Assembly: GCA_977017645.1 (NCBI GenBank)
Contig: OZ360246.1
Coordinates: 20,460,001 to 20,524,000, forward strand
Direction of reading: 5' to 3'
From: Torpedo marmorata
Taxonomy: Eukaryota
DNA: 64,000 nt
Within the stretch, counting starts at the first letter, position 1. Each line of letters begins with the position of its first letter. The position numbers were made by a program, and so were the translations under genes. Positions 1-12,400 of this stretch are shown here, in pieces. Below the pieces are notes generated by a model. That model worked only from the letters and a program-made list of their open reading frames with translations. It was not told where the DNA came from and did no database searches.

Positions 1-167
1 AAACTGAAAATTGTAGTTACGTCGGGTAACCATGTTCCAAAACGTTTTTTGAATTAAATTAAATTAAAAACACCCTATTTAATGCTATAATTTAAAACTA
101 AAACTGCTGATCCTGGAAGGGCCACTGCGTGCTCTGACGCGCTGCCCACAGCGTGTCGGAGCACAGC

Positions 168-315
168 GATAGAGCTCTTAAAGATAGCGGAGTCAAGGGA
201 TATGGGGAGAAGTCAGGAACGGGGTACTGATATTGGATGATCAGCCATGATCACAGTGAATGGCGGTGCTGGCTCGAAGGGCCGAATGGCCTACTCCTGC
301 ACCTATTGTCTATTG
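168..315 (+). mobile_element. CR1-type LINE 3' end fragment
   Basis: End of ORF2 plus 3' UTR (ggctcgaagggccgaatggcctactcctgcacctattgtctattg); it is the reverse complement of the 3' end of the CR1 at 686-840. Confidence 0.85.
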
Positions 316-743
316 GAATGATGGATTAGATATTGACTTTGCATCTATGTGGCCAGGGTTTGTCTGACCCAGACTGATGTGCTAAAGCACTGCTGATTCA
401 TTCCTGCTTGTGACATAAAACTTGTTTCGGCTATCTTATTCCATTTCCTCATGGCTTAGGATCAAGAGCACAAAATCAGCCTTGAATTTACTGTTTGGTG
501 GGGCAGTGTACTTTACTTTGTGTTAACCTGCCACAAGAAGGATTTACTCCCATAACAAATGTGTGAACATACGAACACTTCCAGAAAGCACAGAATCCCT
601 TTCATACACATCCAATCATTTGTATCCCATCAGTAACCAAAACTTTTTTGGTCCCATTTCCTGGTATTTCCACAATACTTCAATGACAATAGACAATAGG
701 TGCTGGAGTAGGCCCTTCGGCCCGTCGAGCTAGCACCGCCATT

Positions 744-3727
744 TTACAGATCATGGCTGATCACTACTATCAAGTACCCCTTTCCAGCCTTATCCCCATA
801 ACCCTTAACTCTCCTGCCCACTAGAGTCTTATCTAACTCTCGTTTGAACATAATCAGCGAATCTGCCTCTACCACCCTCTGTGGCAAAGCATTCCACAGA
901 TTCACACTTCTCTGGGTAAAAAATCTTTTCCTCATCTCCGTCCTAAAGGGCCTTCCCTGTATTCTTAAACTATGCCCTCCAGTCCTCGTCTCTCCCATCA
1001 TTGGGAACAAGTAATCCGATTTCACCCTGTCTATCCCCTTGATAATCTTGTATACCTCAATCATGTCCCCCCTCATCCTTCTAAACTCCATCGGATATAA
1101 GCCCAGTTTTTCTAACCTTTCAGCATATGTCAATCCTGCCATCCTGGGAACTAACCTTGTAAATCTGCGCTGCACTCCCTCTATAGCTAGTATGTCCTTC
1201 CACAAATTTGGGGACCAGAACTGGACGCAATACTCCAGGTGAGGTCTCACCTGGGCCCTGTACAACTGCAGAAGGGCATCTCTGCTCCTATACTCCAATC
1301 CCCTCTTTATGAAAGCCAACATGCCATTTGCCTTCTTCACAGCTTTCTGAACCTGCATGTTAGCCTTCAGTGACTGGTGTACAAGAACACCCAGATCCAT
1401 TTGCACTTCCCCACTCCCTAGCTTGTCTCCATTTAAATAATAATCCGCTTTCCTATTACTGCCCCCAAAATGGATAACCTCACATTTGCTCACATTGAAC
1501 TTCATCTTCCATTCCTCAGCCCACTCCCCCAACCTGTCCAAGTCCCTCTGCATTTTCCTGACATCCTCCTCACACTTTACACCACCACCCAGTTTAGTGT
1601 CGTCTGCAAATTTGCTCATGTTATTAATAATCCCTTCATCCAAATCATTTACATAAATGATAAACAACTGAGGACCCAACACCAATCCCTGCGGCACTCC
1701 ACTTGTCACATCCTGCCATCCTGAAAATGACCCGCTTTTCCCAACCCTTTGTTTCCTATTTCTTAACCAATTTCCTATCCACGTCAGCACCTTACCTCCA
1801 ATACCATACTCCCTGATCTTGCCCACTAGTCTCCTGTGCGGGACCTTATCAAAGGCCTTCTGGAAGTCCAAATACACCACATCCACTGGCTCTCCCAAGT
1901 CCACCCTCTTTGTCACATCTTCAAAAAATTCCAGAAGGTTAGTCAAGCATGATTTACCCTTAAGGAATCCATGCTGACTAGCCCCTATACTATTATTTCT
2001 GCCTAAGTGTTCTGCTATTACTCCTTTTATGATAGATTCCAATATCTTCCCCACCACTGATGTCAGGCTGACTGGTCTATAATTTCCTGTTTTCTCCCTC
2101 CCTCCCTTCTTAAAAAGCGGCACCACATCAGCCACTCTCTAATCCACAGGGACCTCCCCCGAATCTATGGAACTTTGGAAAATGTCGACCAGTGCCTCCA
2201 CAATTTCCAGAGCAACCTCTTTAAGCACCCTGGGATACACCCCATCAGGCCCTGGGGATTTATCAGCCCTCAGTCCCAACAATTTACTCACAACCTCCTG
2301 CTTCTGGATCTGGACATCCATCGGATTCCCTACTTCCCTAAGAAAGTTCCCCAAGTCTCTTGATACTGCATGACCACTACCCCCTAACTGACCATAACCT
2401 ATATCCTCCTTGGTGAAGACAGATGCAAAGTATCTGTTAAATTCCTCAGCCATTTCCTTGTTTCCAGTAATAATTTCACCCTTTTCCATTTTTAATGGCC
2501 CAATTTTAGTCCGAACCAATTTCTTCCTCTTCACATATCTAAAAAAGCTTTTGCTATCCTCTATTATATTATTTGCTAATTTCCTCTCGTACTTCATTTT
2601 CCCCTCTCGTATGACTTTCTTAGTTACCCTCTGATGTTTTTTGAAGGTTTCCCAATCCTATAACTTCCCACTCTGCTTCGCTATCTTATACTTACTCCCT
2701 TTGGACTTGATATTGCACTTGATTTCGTTAGTTAGCCACGGCTGCCATTTGCATCTCCTAGAGCCTTTCCTCCACTTTGGAATGAATTTGTCCTGAATCC
2801 TGTGAAAAATGCCCATAAATACCTGCCATTTTTCCCCAGTTGTCCTCCCAGCTAGGGTATCTTTCCATTTTATTTTGGCTAGCTCCTCCCTCATAGCTGC
2901 ATAATCCCCTTTATTTAACTGCAGTACTGATGCTTCCGACTTCCTTTCTTTTTCCCTTTCCATTTGCAGATTAAAAGTAACCATACTATGGTCACTATTC
3001 CCTAATGGCACCCCTACTTAGAGGTCACTTATTAACTCTGCGTCGCTGCACAGCACCAAGTCCAGAATCGACTTCCCCTGGTAGGTTCCTCCACTAGCTG
3101 CTCCAAGAATGTATCTCGTAGACATTCTATAAACTCACTCTCTTGCTTTCCTGCCCCCGCCTGATTTTCCCAGTCCACCTTCATGTTGAAGTCCCCCATA
3201 ACTACCGTATTGCTACCACTTTGATATGCCACTCTTAATTCTTGATTTATACTACTTCCTATATCTGAGCTATTTTTCGGAGGCCTGTAAATGACCCCCA
3301 TTATGGTCTTCATGTCTTTGCAATTTCTTAATTCTATCCAAACAGACTCTACCCCACCTGTTTCAATATCTTTCCTTTCAAACGCCTGAATTTCATTTCT
3401 TACCAACAGAGCTACCCCACCTCCTCTTCCGAACTTTCTGTCCTTTCTATAGGACGTGTACCCTGGAACATTTATTTCCCAATCCTGTTCCTCCCGCAGC
3501 CATGTCTCCATTACTCCGATAATGTCATAACCTCCTATTGCCATTTGCGCCTCAAGCTCATCCATTTTATTCCTTACACTCCGTGCATTCATATACAATA
3601 CCTTGATACCATACCTCCCTTTTCTCTCCACCTTTGTACCTGACGCACTTGCCCCTACTCTCCTATCCCTTTTTGTTCCCTTTTTCCTTATGGTTTCACC
3701 GTCTATCGGAACCACCCCTATATTCAC
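744..3727 (-). pseudogene. CR1 ORF2 (APE endonuclease + reverse transcriptase), disrupted
   Basis: YMNARS, GGGVALLV and MGDFN (APE); NYRPVSLTS, YLDFQKAFDKVPH, SGVPQG and KFADDTKL (RT). Split into 4 ORF pieces by in-frame stops (e.g. near 2139) and a frameshift near 3020. Confidence 0.93.
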
Positions 3728-3774
3728 TCTCCTATCCGTTTCCCTATCAGTCTGGTTCCCTTCCCCCTGCCAAT

Positions 3775-4791
3775 TTAGTTTAAATCAAACCCAACAGCAT
3801 TATTAAACCTAACTGCCAGTATATTGGCCCCCTTTGTATTCAGATATAAACCATCCCTCCTGTAGAGGTCTTGTCTCCCCCAGAAGAGATCCCAATGGTC
3901 TATGAACCTGAATCCCTGCACTCTGCACCATTCCTTCAGCCACACATTTAACCTCCTGATTTTATTATTTTTGCCCCCACCCACGCACAGCACAGGTAGC
4001 AGCCCCAAGATTACGATCCTGGAGGTCCTGCTTCTTAACCTCCTTCCTAGCTCACGGTAGTCCCTCTTCAGGATCTCTTCCTTCATTTTATCCACGTCAT
4101 TTGTACCTACGTGTATCAAGACATCCGGCCGCTCACCTTCCCTTCCCAGGATATTCTGAACCCTATCCGAGATATCTCGCACCCTGGCTCCTGGGAGGCA
4201 ACACACCATGCGGGAACACTTGTCAGGTTCGCAGAATCTTCTGTCTGTTCCCCTGACGATGGAGTCCCCAATGACCACCTTGTTCCTCTTCCTTCCTTTC
4301 CGCACCACCGGACCCCTTGGCCCAACATCTGGCAGGTTATCTTCCCCAACATCATCCAATACAGTATATTTGTTGCTAAGAGCAGTAGCCACCGGGGTGC
4401 TCACCACTGACCTAGCAACTTTCCCCCCTCCCCTGACAGTAGTCCACTTACCTGACCCCCCCAATCTGGGGTTAAACACTTCCCTGAATGTCGTATCTAT
4501 AAATTCCTCACTCTCCCTGATAAGCCGCAGATCATCAAGCTGCAACTCCATTTCTTTAATTTTATTCTTTAATACTTGTGTCCTGTTACATCCCCTGCAG
4601 GTATGCCCTGTGGGAAGGTTTAAGGTCCTCTCACTTACCTCCTCATCCAGCTGGAGCTCCAGTTCACCAACTCGGTCCCTAAGGAACCCCACCTCGTCGC
4701 ACCTGGCACAGATATGGTCATTTGGGAGGGTGGAAGTCACCCATGTCTCCCACATCTGGCAACTTGAGCAGAGCACTAACCGCATAGGCAT
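3775..4791 (-). CDS. CR1 ORF1p: Zn-finger/leucine zipper + SGNH esterase-like domain
   Basis: CSSC...HICARC, heptad ELELQLD, and the SGNH blocks VIGDS, HVGTND and DGLY; 338-aa open frame. Confidence 0.85.
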   Translation of the reverse strand: MPMRLVLCSSCQMWETWVTSTLPNDHICARCDEVGFLRDRVGELELQLDEEVSERTLNLPTGHTCRGCNRTQVLKNKIKEMELQLDDLRLIRESEEFIDTTFREVFNPRLGGSGKWTTVRGGGKVARSVVSTPVATALSNKYTVLDDVGEDNLPDVGPRGPVVRKGRKRNKVVIGDSIVRGTDRRFCEPDKCSRMVCCLPGARVRDISDRVQNILGREGERPDVLIHVGTNDVDKMKEEILKRDYRELGRRLRSRTSRIVILGLLPVLCVGGGKNNKIRRLNVWLKEWCRVQGFRFIDHWDLFWGRQDLYRRDGLYLNTKGANILAVRFNNAVGFDLN

Positions 4792-5644
4792 GGCTCAGCC
4801 TTTTAATGTAATGTACAGTGCACTCACCTAGGAAGGGCTAATAAAACAGCCAACCTTTCTCCCCGCCTGCTTTCGCCGAAGCCTGATGAGCCAAAGCCTG
4901 GAAGTCCCACTCCTTCGCTGTGCCACTCACTCGCTGGGCCGCTCCCTGTCCCTCTTATTTATTGGCCTTTTACCAATGAACCCCGACACCCTCTCCTGTA
5001 CGCCCGACCAATGGCCGCCTCTGACTCCTCCTCTGACTTTTGCCGCAGGCCCCGGTAAGTAACTTTTAAAAAAGCCTTCTTACCTTCTCTCCAACTCTTT
5101 TCTCCTCTGTTGTCTCCTCTCTCCTCTCCCGACTGTGAGGCCCTGTCCCCAGTAAGAGCCCTTAAAAAGACTTCTTACCTTCCCGACACCCTAGAGTACT
5201 AAAGGAAAAGTTAATGTGAAAATCCAAATGATTCAATATTATTTCTAACCAATGGCATAATGGTGTTGGCGTGAGCAGGCATCAGTATGGGAAGGTTTTG
5301 GAATGGGCCTGGGCCAGGGTAAGTGGGTAGAGTGAGGGGTAGGATAAGAGGGGAAATCAAAGTTATAAGGGCAGTGTGAAGAGGGAAGCCAAAGGCATCA
5401 GAGTAAATGGGGGGAAGGGGGGGCAAATCACAATGGAGGGAGGCAGAATGAAGAGATTGTTGGAGTGAAGATGGGGAGTCATCATGAAGGGAGATTGTGG
5501 GAGTAGTGAGGAGCAGGAAGGATGGGGCAGGATGCAAGTGCACAGGTGTTACTGTTCATGAGTGTGTACAGTAACCACTGAAGGTCAGGATCAGGGTGAG
5601 CAGTAGTCAGAATTGCTCAGTAAAGGGGTCAGTGAAAGCAAGAT

Positions 5645-6080
5645 CGGTGTGAGCGGGGGGGTTCAGTACGAGCGGAGGGGACTGTGAGCGGAGGGGACTG
5701 TGAGCGGAGGGGACTGTGAGCGGAGGAGGTCGGCGTGAGCGGAGGAGGTCGGCGTGAGCGGGGGGGTCGGCGTAAGCGGGGGGGTTCTGTATGAGCGGAG
5801 GGGACTGTGAGCGGAGGGGACTGTGAGCGGAGGGGACTGTGAGCGGAGGGGTCGGCGTGAGCGGAGGAGGTCGGCGTGAGCGGGGGGGTCAGCGTGAGCG
5901 GGGGGGTCGGCGTGTGCGGGGTGGGGTCGGCATGTGCGGGGGGGTCGGCATGTGTGGGGGTTCAGCGTGTGCGGGGGGGGTCGGCGTGTGCGGGGGGGTC
6001 GGCGTGAGCAGGGGGGGTGTTGGCGTGATCCGGGGGGGTGGGGGCAGCGTGAGCAGGGGGTGTCTGTGTGAGCGGGGGCA
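5645..6080 (+). repeat. G-rich minisatellite (16-19 bp units)
   Basis: Tandem GAGCGGAGGGGACTGT and GAGCGGGGGGGTCGGCGT variants. Confidence 0.9.
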
Positions 6081-6559
6081 GAATATCTGTGTGAATGCTG
6101 TGTGAATTCAGAAAATGCATCTCTGGCGAGAAAAAGGTAGTTAATGTTTGAGATCAATGACCTTTCAGAATGAGAGAGAGGAGAAGGGGGTCAAGAGCAA
6201 ATGCCTGTGATAGGGAGGCTGAGAAATGCAGGTGGTAATGATGCCAGTTGGGAGAGGAGAGGAGGGCTTGTTCATCTCAGTCGATAGTTCCGGTGGAGAT
6301 GTGAATAGAAAGGTGTCTTTGGGGGCAGAGGTCAGAGGGAAGATGGGCCAAGTGGAGGATGGATCAATATGAACAGGGATAAGAGAGAGTTCAGGTCAGC
6401 AGCAGGACAAGTCAGAGAAGCAAGGATCAGTGAGAGCCAGAGTCAGTGGGAGCAGAGGTGCTTGAGGGTGACTATTTCTTGTAAACTCTGATCACAGAAC
6501 AAATGTAAGTACTGTATGCCGTTAAAACACAATGCTGGAGAAACTCTGCAGGTCACACA

Positions 6560-7717
6560 TGTTACGAACTAACAAACCTTGCTAGTACTAACAAAGGAAT
6601 AGCAATGGAAAATTCACCAGACAGTGGTAAATTCAAAATAATAGTTTTTATTAAACTAATAACATAACATTTCTTACTTATCTCTAAACTTAACTCTAAC
6701 TTAAACCCACTGTGCGCAAATGTAAACATATATATGTGTGTGTGTTAAGAATCCAAACCATTACAGTTTGAGCTTGATTCTGAAAAGTCAATTTTAAACT
6801 TCAACATTTTTTGTTGCTTGAAGATTCTTTAAATCGCAATTCAGAATTAATTATGAGGCGCTTTTACATGTCATGTCTTCGGATCTTTTAAACTCACATC
6901 TTTTGATGAGTTGTCTTTCAGAGAGATATTCCTTCATACGAGTGATTTCACAAACTCCCTCTTATCTTGCCTAAGAGTTCCAGAGTCTGTTTTCCACGAT
7001 GATTTCTTTCTTAATCAAGAGTAACATACGAGGCTGCCCTCTTTCTTAGAGGCAGTCGGAGTGGATATTTATTTTAAAATACCACTTTTGGTGTTCCTCC
7101 TTTTATTAAGGAGAGCACAGGCAGCTTTCCTTCTATAAAGGAAATATTGCTGCTTTATCAATCCTGTCTCAACAGGACGGCAAGTTCTCTTAAACACACC
7201 CCTTTGTCTGATTTCGAAAATATATTTCTTGCAAATCTCTTATGTCACATGGTATGTGACATCATTTCTGTTTTTGAAGTTCATAATGTCTTCACCTGTG
7301 CTAAAAACATCTCTGTCCACTTATGCCTTCCTGCTTGTTTGACCAAGTATTTTCCTGATTGTTTGAAGTTCCAACTTCTCCAAAAGTTAATGAGAATATG
7401 CCTCCGTGATGTCTTCCTACATGGGAGCAAAATGGCTGTGCGTTTACACAGGTGCTTCTGAGCCAACACCTATTGTTTTCAGTATCTCAAGAACCATCAT
7501 TAAAGCCTTTCATCTCTTGGCTTCAACTGCAATCAGCAGACATTCCGTCTCTTCAAATGGCTCGCCATCTGCCATCTCAAAGAACCATGTGTGTTTAAAA
7601 TGCAAATATGTTGACTTTGTGCCCCTGAAACCACCCAAAACTAACTTACTAAGCCATATCTAGATGAAATATAGTTTTAACATTAAACTAAAGATTAATC
7701 ATAGCACATTCGTCACA
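6560..7717. mobile_element. Solo LTR (Gypsy-like), 1158 bp
   Basis: Begins TGTTACGAA and ends TTCGTCACA (TG..CA imperfect inverted ends). 4-bp TSD CACA at 6556-6559 and 7718-7721. Removing it restores the Penelope terminus ggtcacacagcg. No coding domains. Confidence 0.8.
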
Positions 7718-7750
7718 CACAGCGTACTTCATATAGCAAAGATAAAGAAA

Positions 7751-7791
7751 CATAACCAACGTTTCGGGCTTGAGCCCTTCATCAAGGTATG
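7751..7791 (-). ncRNA. Minimal hammerhead-ribozyme-like motif in Penelope terminal repeat
   Basis: Minus strand reads CATACC-TTGATGA-A-GGGC-TCAA-GCCC-GAAA-CG-TT-GGTTATG: core, stem II hairpin and stem I. The canonical C3 is U here. Confidence 0.6.
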
Positions 7792-8066
7792 AGCAAAATG
7801 CAGACAGGCATCTGAATAAAATGGTGGGGGGCAGGGGGGAGGGGCAGCGGGAGGGGCAGAGGCCCACAAGCAAGAGGTAATAATTGGATAAGAAAGGGAG
7901 GGCACAAGAGAAAACAGGGGGAGGGGGGATAGCTCTGAAGGGAGAGGGAAGGGGGTGGAGATCTGGAGGAAAGTAGACAGAGGGATGGAATAGAGAGAGA
8001 GAACAGGGAGTGGTCCAGCAGAAACTGGAGGTCTATGTTAATTCCATCCGGTTGGAGAGTGCCCAG

Positions 8067-8192
8067 AATCAGAATTTATTGTCATGAACAAGTCATGAAA
8101 TTCGGTGTTTTGCGGCAGCATCATAGTGCAAACATTCATATTATAACCATCTTACGACATTACTCTGCGCAGGGCGGAATCTTACGACATTA
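8067..8192 (-). mobile_element. 5'-truncated Rex/Babar-type LINE tail inserted in Penelope
   Basis: Tail matches 9877-9960 (aatcagaatttattgtcatgaaca); 7-bp TSD TGCCCAG at 8060-8066 and 8193-8199. Confidence 0.75.
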
Positions 8193-8971
8193 TGCCCAGG
8201 CGGAATATTAGGTGTTGCTCCTCCAATTTACGAGTGGCCCTGGTTTGGCAGTGCATGAGGCCATGGACAGACTTGTCGGCGCGGGAGAGGGGCGCAGAAT
8301 TGAAATGGTTGGCCACTGAGAGATCTGTCATTGATGCTGACAGAGCGAAGGTGCTCAGCGAAATGATCTCCCAGTGTGCGTCCAGTCTCTCTGACGTAGA
8401 GAAGGCCACAATGGGACACCAGTGAAGTGTTGCTTCATTTGGAAGGAGTGTTTGGGGTGTGGGTGCAAGTGTGCACTTCCTGCGGTCATAGGGGAATGTG
8501 CCAAGGGGGCGATTAGTGGGAAGGGATGAGTGGACGAGGGAGTCACAGAGGGAGCAGTCCCCATGGAAGGCAGAGAGGGGAGGAGAGGGAAGATGTGTCT
8601 GGTGGTGGGATCTATGTTGTAGATGATGGAAATTGTGGAGGTTAATATGTTGGATGCGGAGGCTGGTGGGGTGGTAGGTGAGGACAAGGGGAATCCTGTT
8701 CTTGTTGCATCTAGGGGTAGAGTGGGCCAGGGTAGAGGGCTGGAAATGGAGGACTCAGTAAGGGCTGTGTTGATGGTAGTAGAGGGAAAGCCACATTTTT
8801 TGAAGAAGGAGGACATCTCGATGATCTGGAATGGAATACCTCATCCTGGGAGCAGATGCGATGGAGACGGGGGAATTGGGAGAATGGAATAGAATCTTTA
8901 CAGGGAGCTGGATGTGTAGTCGAAGTAATTGTGGGAGTTTGTAAGTTTGTATGGAGTTCTTGTCACCAGTC

Positions 8972-9418
8972 CATAGGAAGGATGTGATTGCAGCAGAGAG
9001 AGTGCAGAAGAGATTCACCTGGATTTTTCCTGAGATAGAATAATTCGGTGAAGAGGATGGACTGGATAGGTTGGGTTTGTTTTCCTTGGAGAAAGTAGAG
9101 AGGAGGCCTGATTAAGAAATACAGGCAGTGGACAGTGAGAAACTTTCGCTTTTAACAGAAGTGTCTACAACCAGAAGACATAAGAAGGGCTAGGAGATGG
9201 AGAAAGATTTTTTTCACCCACAAGACAGTTGAAATCTGGAATACACTAACTTAAAGGGTGGTAGAGCCAGGCACTCTCACAACATTTAAGTGTTTCGTTG
9301 AGCACTTGAAACACCATGGCAGAGAGGGCTATGGACAAAGAGCTGGGGAATGGGATTAGTATAGCTAGGTAGGCTTGATTGCCTGAAGGGCATGTTTCCA
9401 TACTGTATGCCTCTATTA
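8972..9418 (+). mobile_element. Old CR1 3' fragment
   Basis: ggaaggatgtgattgca...gagagtgcagaagagattcacc (C-terminal ORF2) through the tail catgtttccatactgtatg. Confidence 0.65.
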
Positions 9419-9876
9419 ATGTAAAAGACATCTGTGGAAGGTGCAGCTTCCAACTGAATTTTTATCAGCATAGAATGTTAAAGTGGAACAGACTATCAGC
9501 AAAATCTGTAATCAGCAAAGGGATAAACTCCTTCAGGCAGGAGAAGCATGACATTCTGACTGTAAGAGTATTTGATGGTTATGCTAAGGGCAGGTCATCT
9601 TCCACTCTCACCTTTCATATTGCACCTCGGGCACGGTCCCCCAATTTCAACTTTCCTCTCTGTTTTATAATTCCTACTATTATTATTTTTGTTCTGAATC
9701 ATTCTTTTGTTCCTCTCAATCTCCAAAATTTACTGTAGGACTCACTCATTACTCTCCCTCCTCCTTGTTTTTAACTCCTCAGTCAACTCACCTCCCAAAA
9801 TCTTCCATTCTTCAAGCAATTGGAACTAAAACCAGAAATGCCAGCCAGTCAGACAACATCTCTGGGGAAAAAGAGA

Positions 9877-10585
9877 ATCAGAATTTATTGTCATGAACAT
9901 GTCACAAAATTTGTATTGTGGCAGCATCATGTTGCAAACATTTATATATACCACCTTACAAAATAAATAAAAAATAGTGTAAGAAAAAGAAAAAGTCAAA
10001 GTAAGGCAGTGTCTGTGGTTCATTGTTCATTCAGGAATCTGATGGCAGCGGGGAAGAGGCTGTTCTTGTGCCATTGAGTGCTCGCCTTTAGGCTCCTGTA
10101 CCTTTTTCCCGATAGAAGCAGAGTGAAGAGGGCATGGCCTGGGTGGTGGGGGTCCTTGAGGATAGAGACTGCTTTCTTAAGACACCGCCTTGTGTAGATG
10201 TCCTCGATGGAGTGAAGACTGGTGCCTGTGATGTCACAGGCCGAGTTAACAACCCTCTGGAGTTTATTCTTGTCCTGAGAGTTGGCGCCTCCATACCAGG
10301 CAGTGATGCAACCAACCAGAATGCTCTCCACGGTACACCTGTAGAAGTTTACGAGAGTCTTCGGTGACAAACCAAATCTCCTCAAACTCCTTACAAAGTA
10401 TAGCCGCTGGCGAGCCTCTTCATGATTGCATCGACATGGAGGCTCCAGGACAGATCCTTGGAGATGTTGACACCCAGGAATTTGAAGTCCTTGACGGTTT
10501 CCACTGCTGAGCCCTCAATGAGGACTGGTTTGTGTTCTCCTGACTTCTTCCTGTAGTCCACAATCATCTCCTTGGTTTTGCTAAC
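9877..10585 (-). mobile_element. Rex/Babar-type LINE 3' fragment
   Basis: ORF 10020-10385 LVNFYRCTVESILVGCITAWYG...DPHHPGHALF...RYRSLKA, the post-RT region of this clade; tail ...catgacaataaattctgattc. Confidence 0.8.
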
Positions 10586-11321
10586 AGATAATATATTGAG
10601 ACAAGATATTCCAGGGGCAGTTCATTGTAAAAAATCCAAGCTCAATACCAGACATCAGCCCATGTTCATATATTTTAGAATATTGTATTCTGCATGGTAT
10701 TTATGGGTACAGGTAGCCTTTTCAATCACTTCATTATATCACAGCCTCAACGTCCTTTTGGCTGTCACTAAACTACAATTCTGTCTCTTGCCTCAACCAA
10801 AATATACTGAATTTAGTTATAAAATCCCCAATTATGTTTTAACATCTTCTGCCTTTTGTGGAACTGAGTTCCAAATTGTAATTACACCCTCCCTGTGATA
10901 TCACCCCTGAATTTCTTGCGTCTTTTTTGAAGATAATGGCTCATATTCTGGGGAAAATAATATCTCTTCAACTGCCCTTCTGAATCTTCTCATTGAAGCA
11001 CCATGATCGAATTACACCTCCATCTTCACAATTCAAGGAAATATCAGCCAAGTGCATGCCGCCGACTTTTATAAGTTTGTGTCTGGGCTTACCCAACCCC
11101 ATTAATTTATTTAATTAATATAGTCACAAATGACAGCATTCCCCAAGTGAAATTCATAAAACTACAGTTGTCAGAAATCTGACCAAGGATCTTCTACCCA
11201 AAATGGTAACTCTGTTTCTCTTTCCACACTTGCTGTTTAGATTCCCCAAGTGGTCATGGTATGTACAGATGGGCACGGCATTTACTGGATGTGAACTGGC
11301 CAGGATTAAATGATCAGGACT

Positions 11322-11675
11322 TCTCCATCAACCCCCTCCCCTTGTCTCTTGCTTTTCCTCAACCCCTGACTCCCGTCCTCCAGCTCCCCAGCCCTTTCTC
11401 ATACCTTTCTCAGCCCCCTTCCCCTATCACCTCTCTGCTCCTTTCTCTTCTACCCCACTGCCACCTGTATCCACCTATCACCGGCCAGCCTGTGCTCCTC
11501 CCCCTTCCCCTCTTTCTTATTCGGGCATCTTCCTGATGGTCAGCACACCTCAAGAAGGGCTCAGACCCAAACCATTGACTGCCTTTTGCTTCCTATGGCT
11601 GCTGAGTGACCAGCTGAGATTCTCCAGCAATTTTGTGTATTGCACTAGACCCTGGCATCTGCAGATTTCTTGTTT
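11322..11675 (+). mobile_element. Degenerate Penelope terminal-repeat fragment
   Basis: Pyrimidine-rich tract, decayed hammerhead-like cctcaagaagggctcagacccaaaacc, then gaccagctgagattctccagcaattttgtg as in the other copies. Confidence 0.6.
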
Positions 11676-12314
11676 ACCAGGATTGAATAATGTAGATTGC
11701 AATGAGCGATTGAAACTCCATATATTTTCATTCAGGGAGAAATATTTCAACCTGTGACTTTCTCTGTGGTCACCCAGCTCTGCATGAGTAAATCCACACC
11801 AATGTGAATTGTATAATAACAAGCTCCATGAAATGGGTGCACTTCATTCCATAGTCACTTATGCATTTTACACAGCCACTTCGTTCCGGGATATTACTCA
11901 TTTTTTTCCGGAACGCGTGCTGTGTAAAAAGAACAGAACCGGAATGGGGGTGCCATTCCAGTAAAGTCTTTTTTCGCCTAGGCCCCAAGTAATTTTCGCG
12001 ACCGCCTGCAGTGTAAACTGCACTGCAGGCATTCCAGGACCAACTTGGATCTTGATGTGTATTGTGTACCGTAATTTTCTTAGTATATTGTGTACCGTAA
12101 TTTTTTTAGTGCTGTCTACTCTTTCCCGCGGCCTGGTGTCCCGCTCTGTCCCCGTGGTCCCCTGCCTGCTCTCTCCCGCGGCCCGCTGTCCCGCTCTCTC
12201 CCGCAGCCCGCTGCCCCGCTCTGCCCCGGCGGTCCACTGCCTGCTCTCTCCCGTGGCCCACAGTCCCTCTCTGTCCTGGCGGTCTGCTGCCTGCTCTCTG
12301 TTGCTATGGGCCGC

Positions 12315-12400
12315 TAAGCCTAACCCTAACACTAACCCGAACCTGAACCCCAACCATAGCCCTAACCCTATCCCAAATCCCACACCTAACCCTAACCCTA
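12315..12400 (+). repeat. Degenerate (CCCTAA)n telomere-like tract
   Basis: cctaaccctaac variants; a second short tract lies at 12618-12643. Confidence 0.75.

Larger units (their letters stand above)
686..5190 (-). mobile_element. Near full-length decayed CR1 LINE (5' UTR, ORF1, ORF2, 3' tail)
   Basis: Collinear esterase-type ORF1 (3775-4791), APE endonuclease and RT ORF2 pieces (744-3727), and a CTATTGT-type tail at about 686-700. The 5' boundary is approximate. Confidence 0.93.
6523..8930 (-). mobile_element. Penelope-like element (GIY-YIG region + terminal repeat), interrupted by two insertions
   Basis: Translated fragments GLLYVRETGRTLGDHFAEHLRSV, KLEEQHLIFRLG and SSFFKKCGFPSTTI; the terminus matches the copy at 15474-15620. 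Boundaries are approximate. Confidence 0.8.

Noticed and set aside
5663-6157. Pro/Arg- and Gly-rich ORFs
   Set aside because: Translation of the minisatellite.
10572-10898. Hydrophobic ORF (MFIYFRILYSAWYLWVQVAFS) as a signal-peptide exon
   Set aside because: No convincing donor in a compatible phase; compatible with chance in AT-rich DNA.
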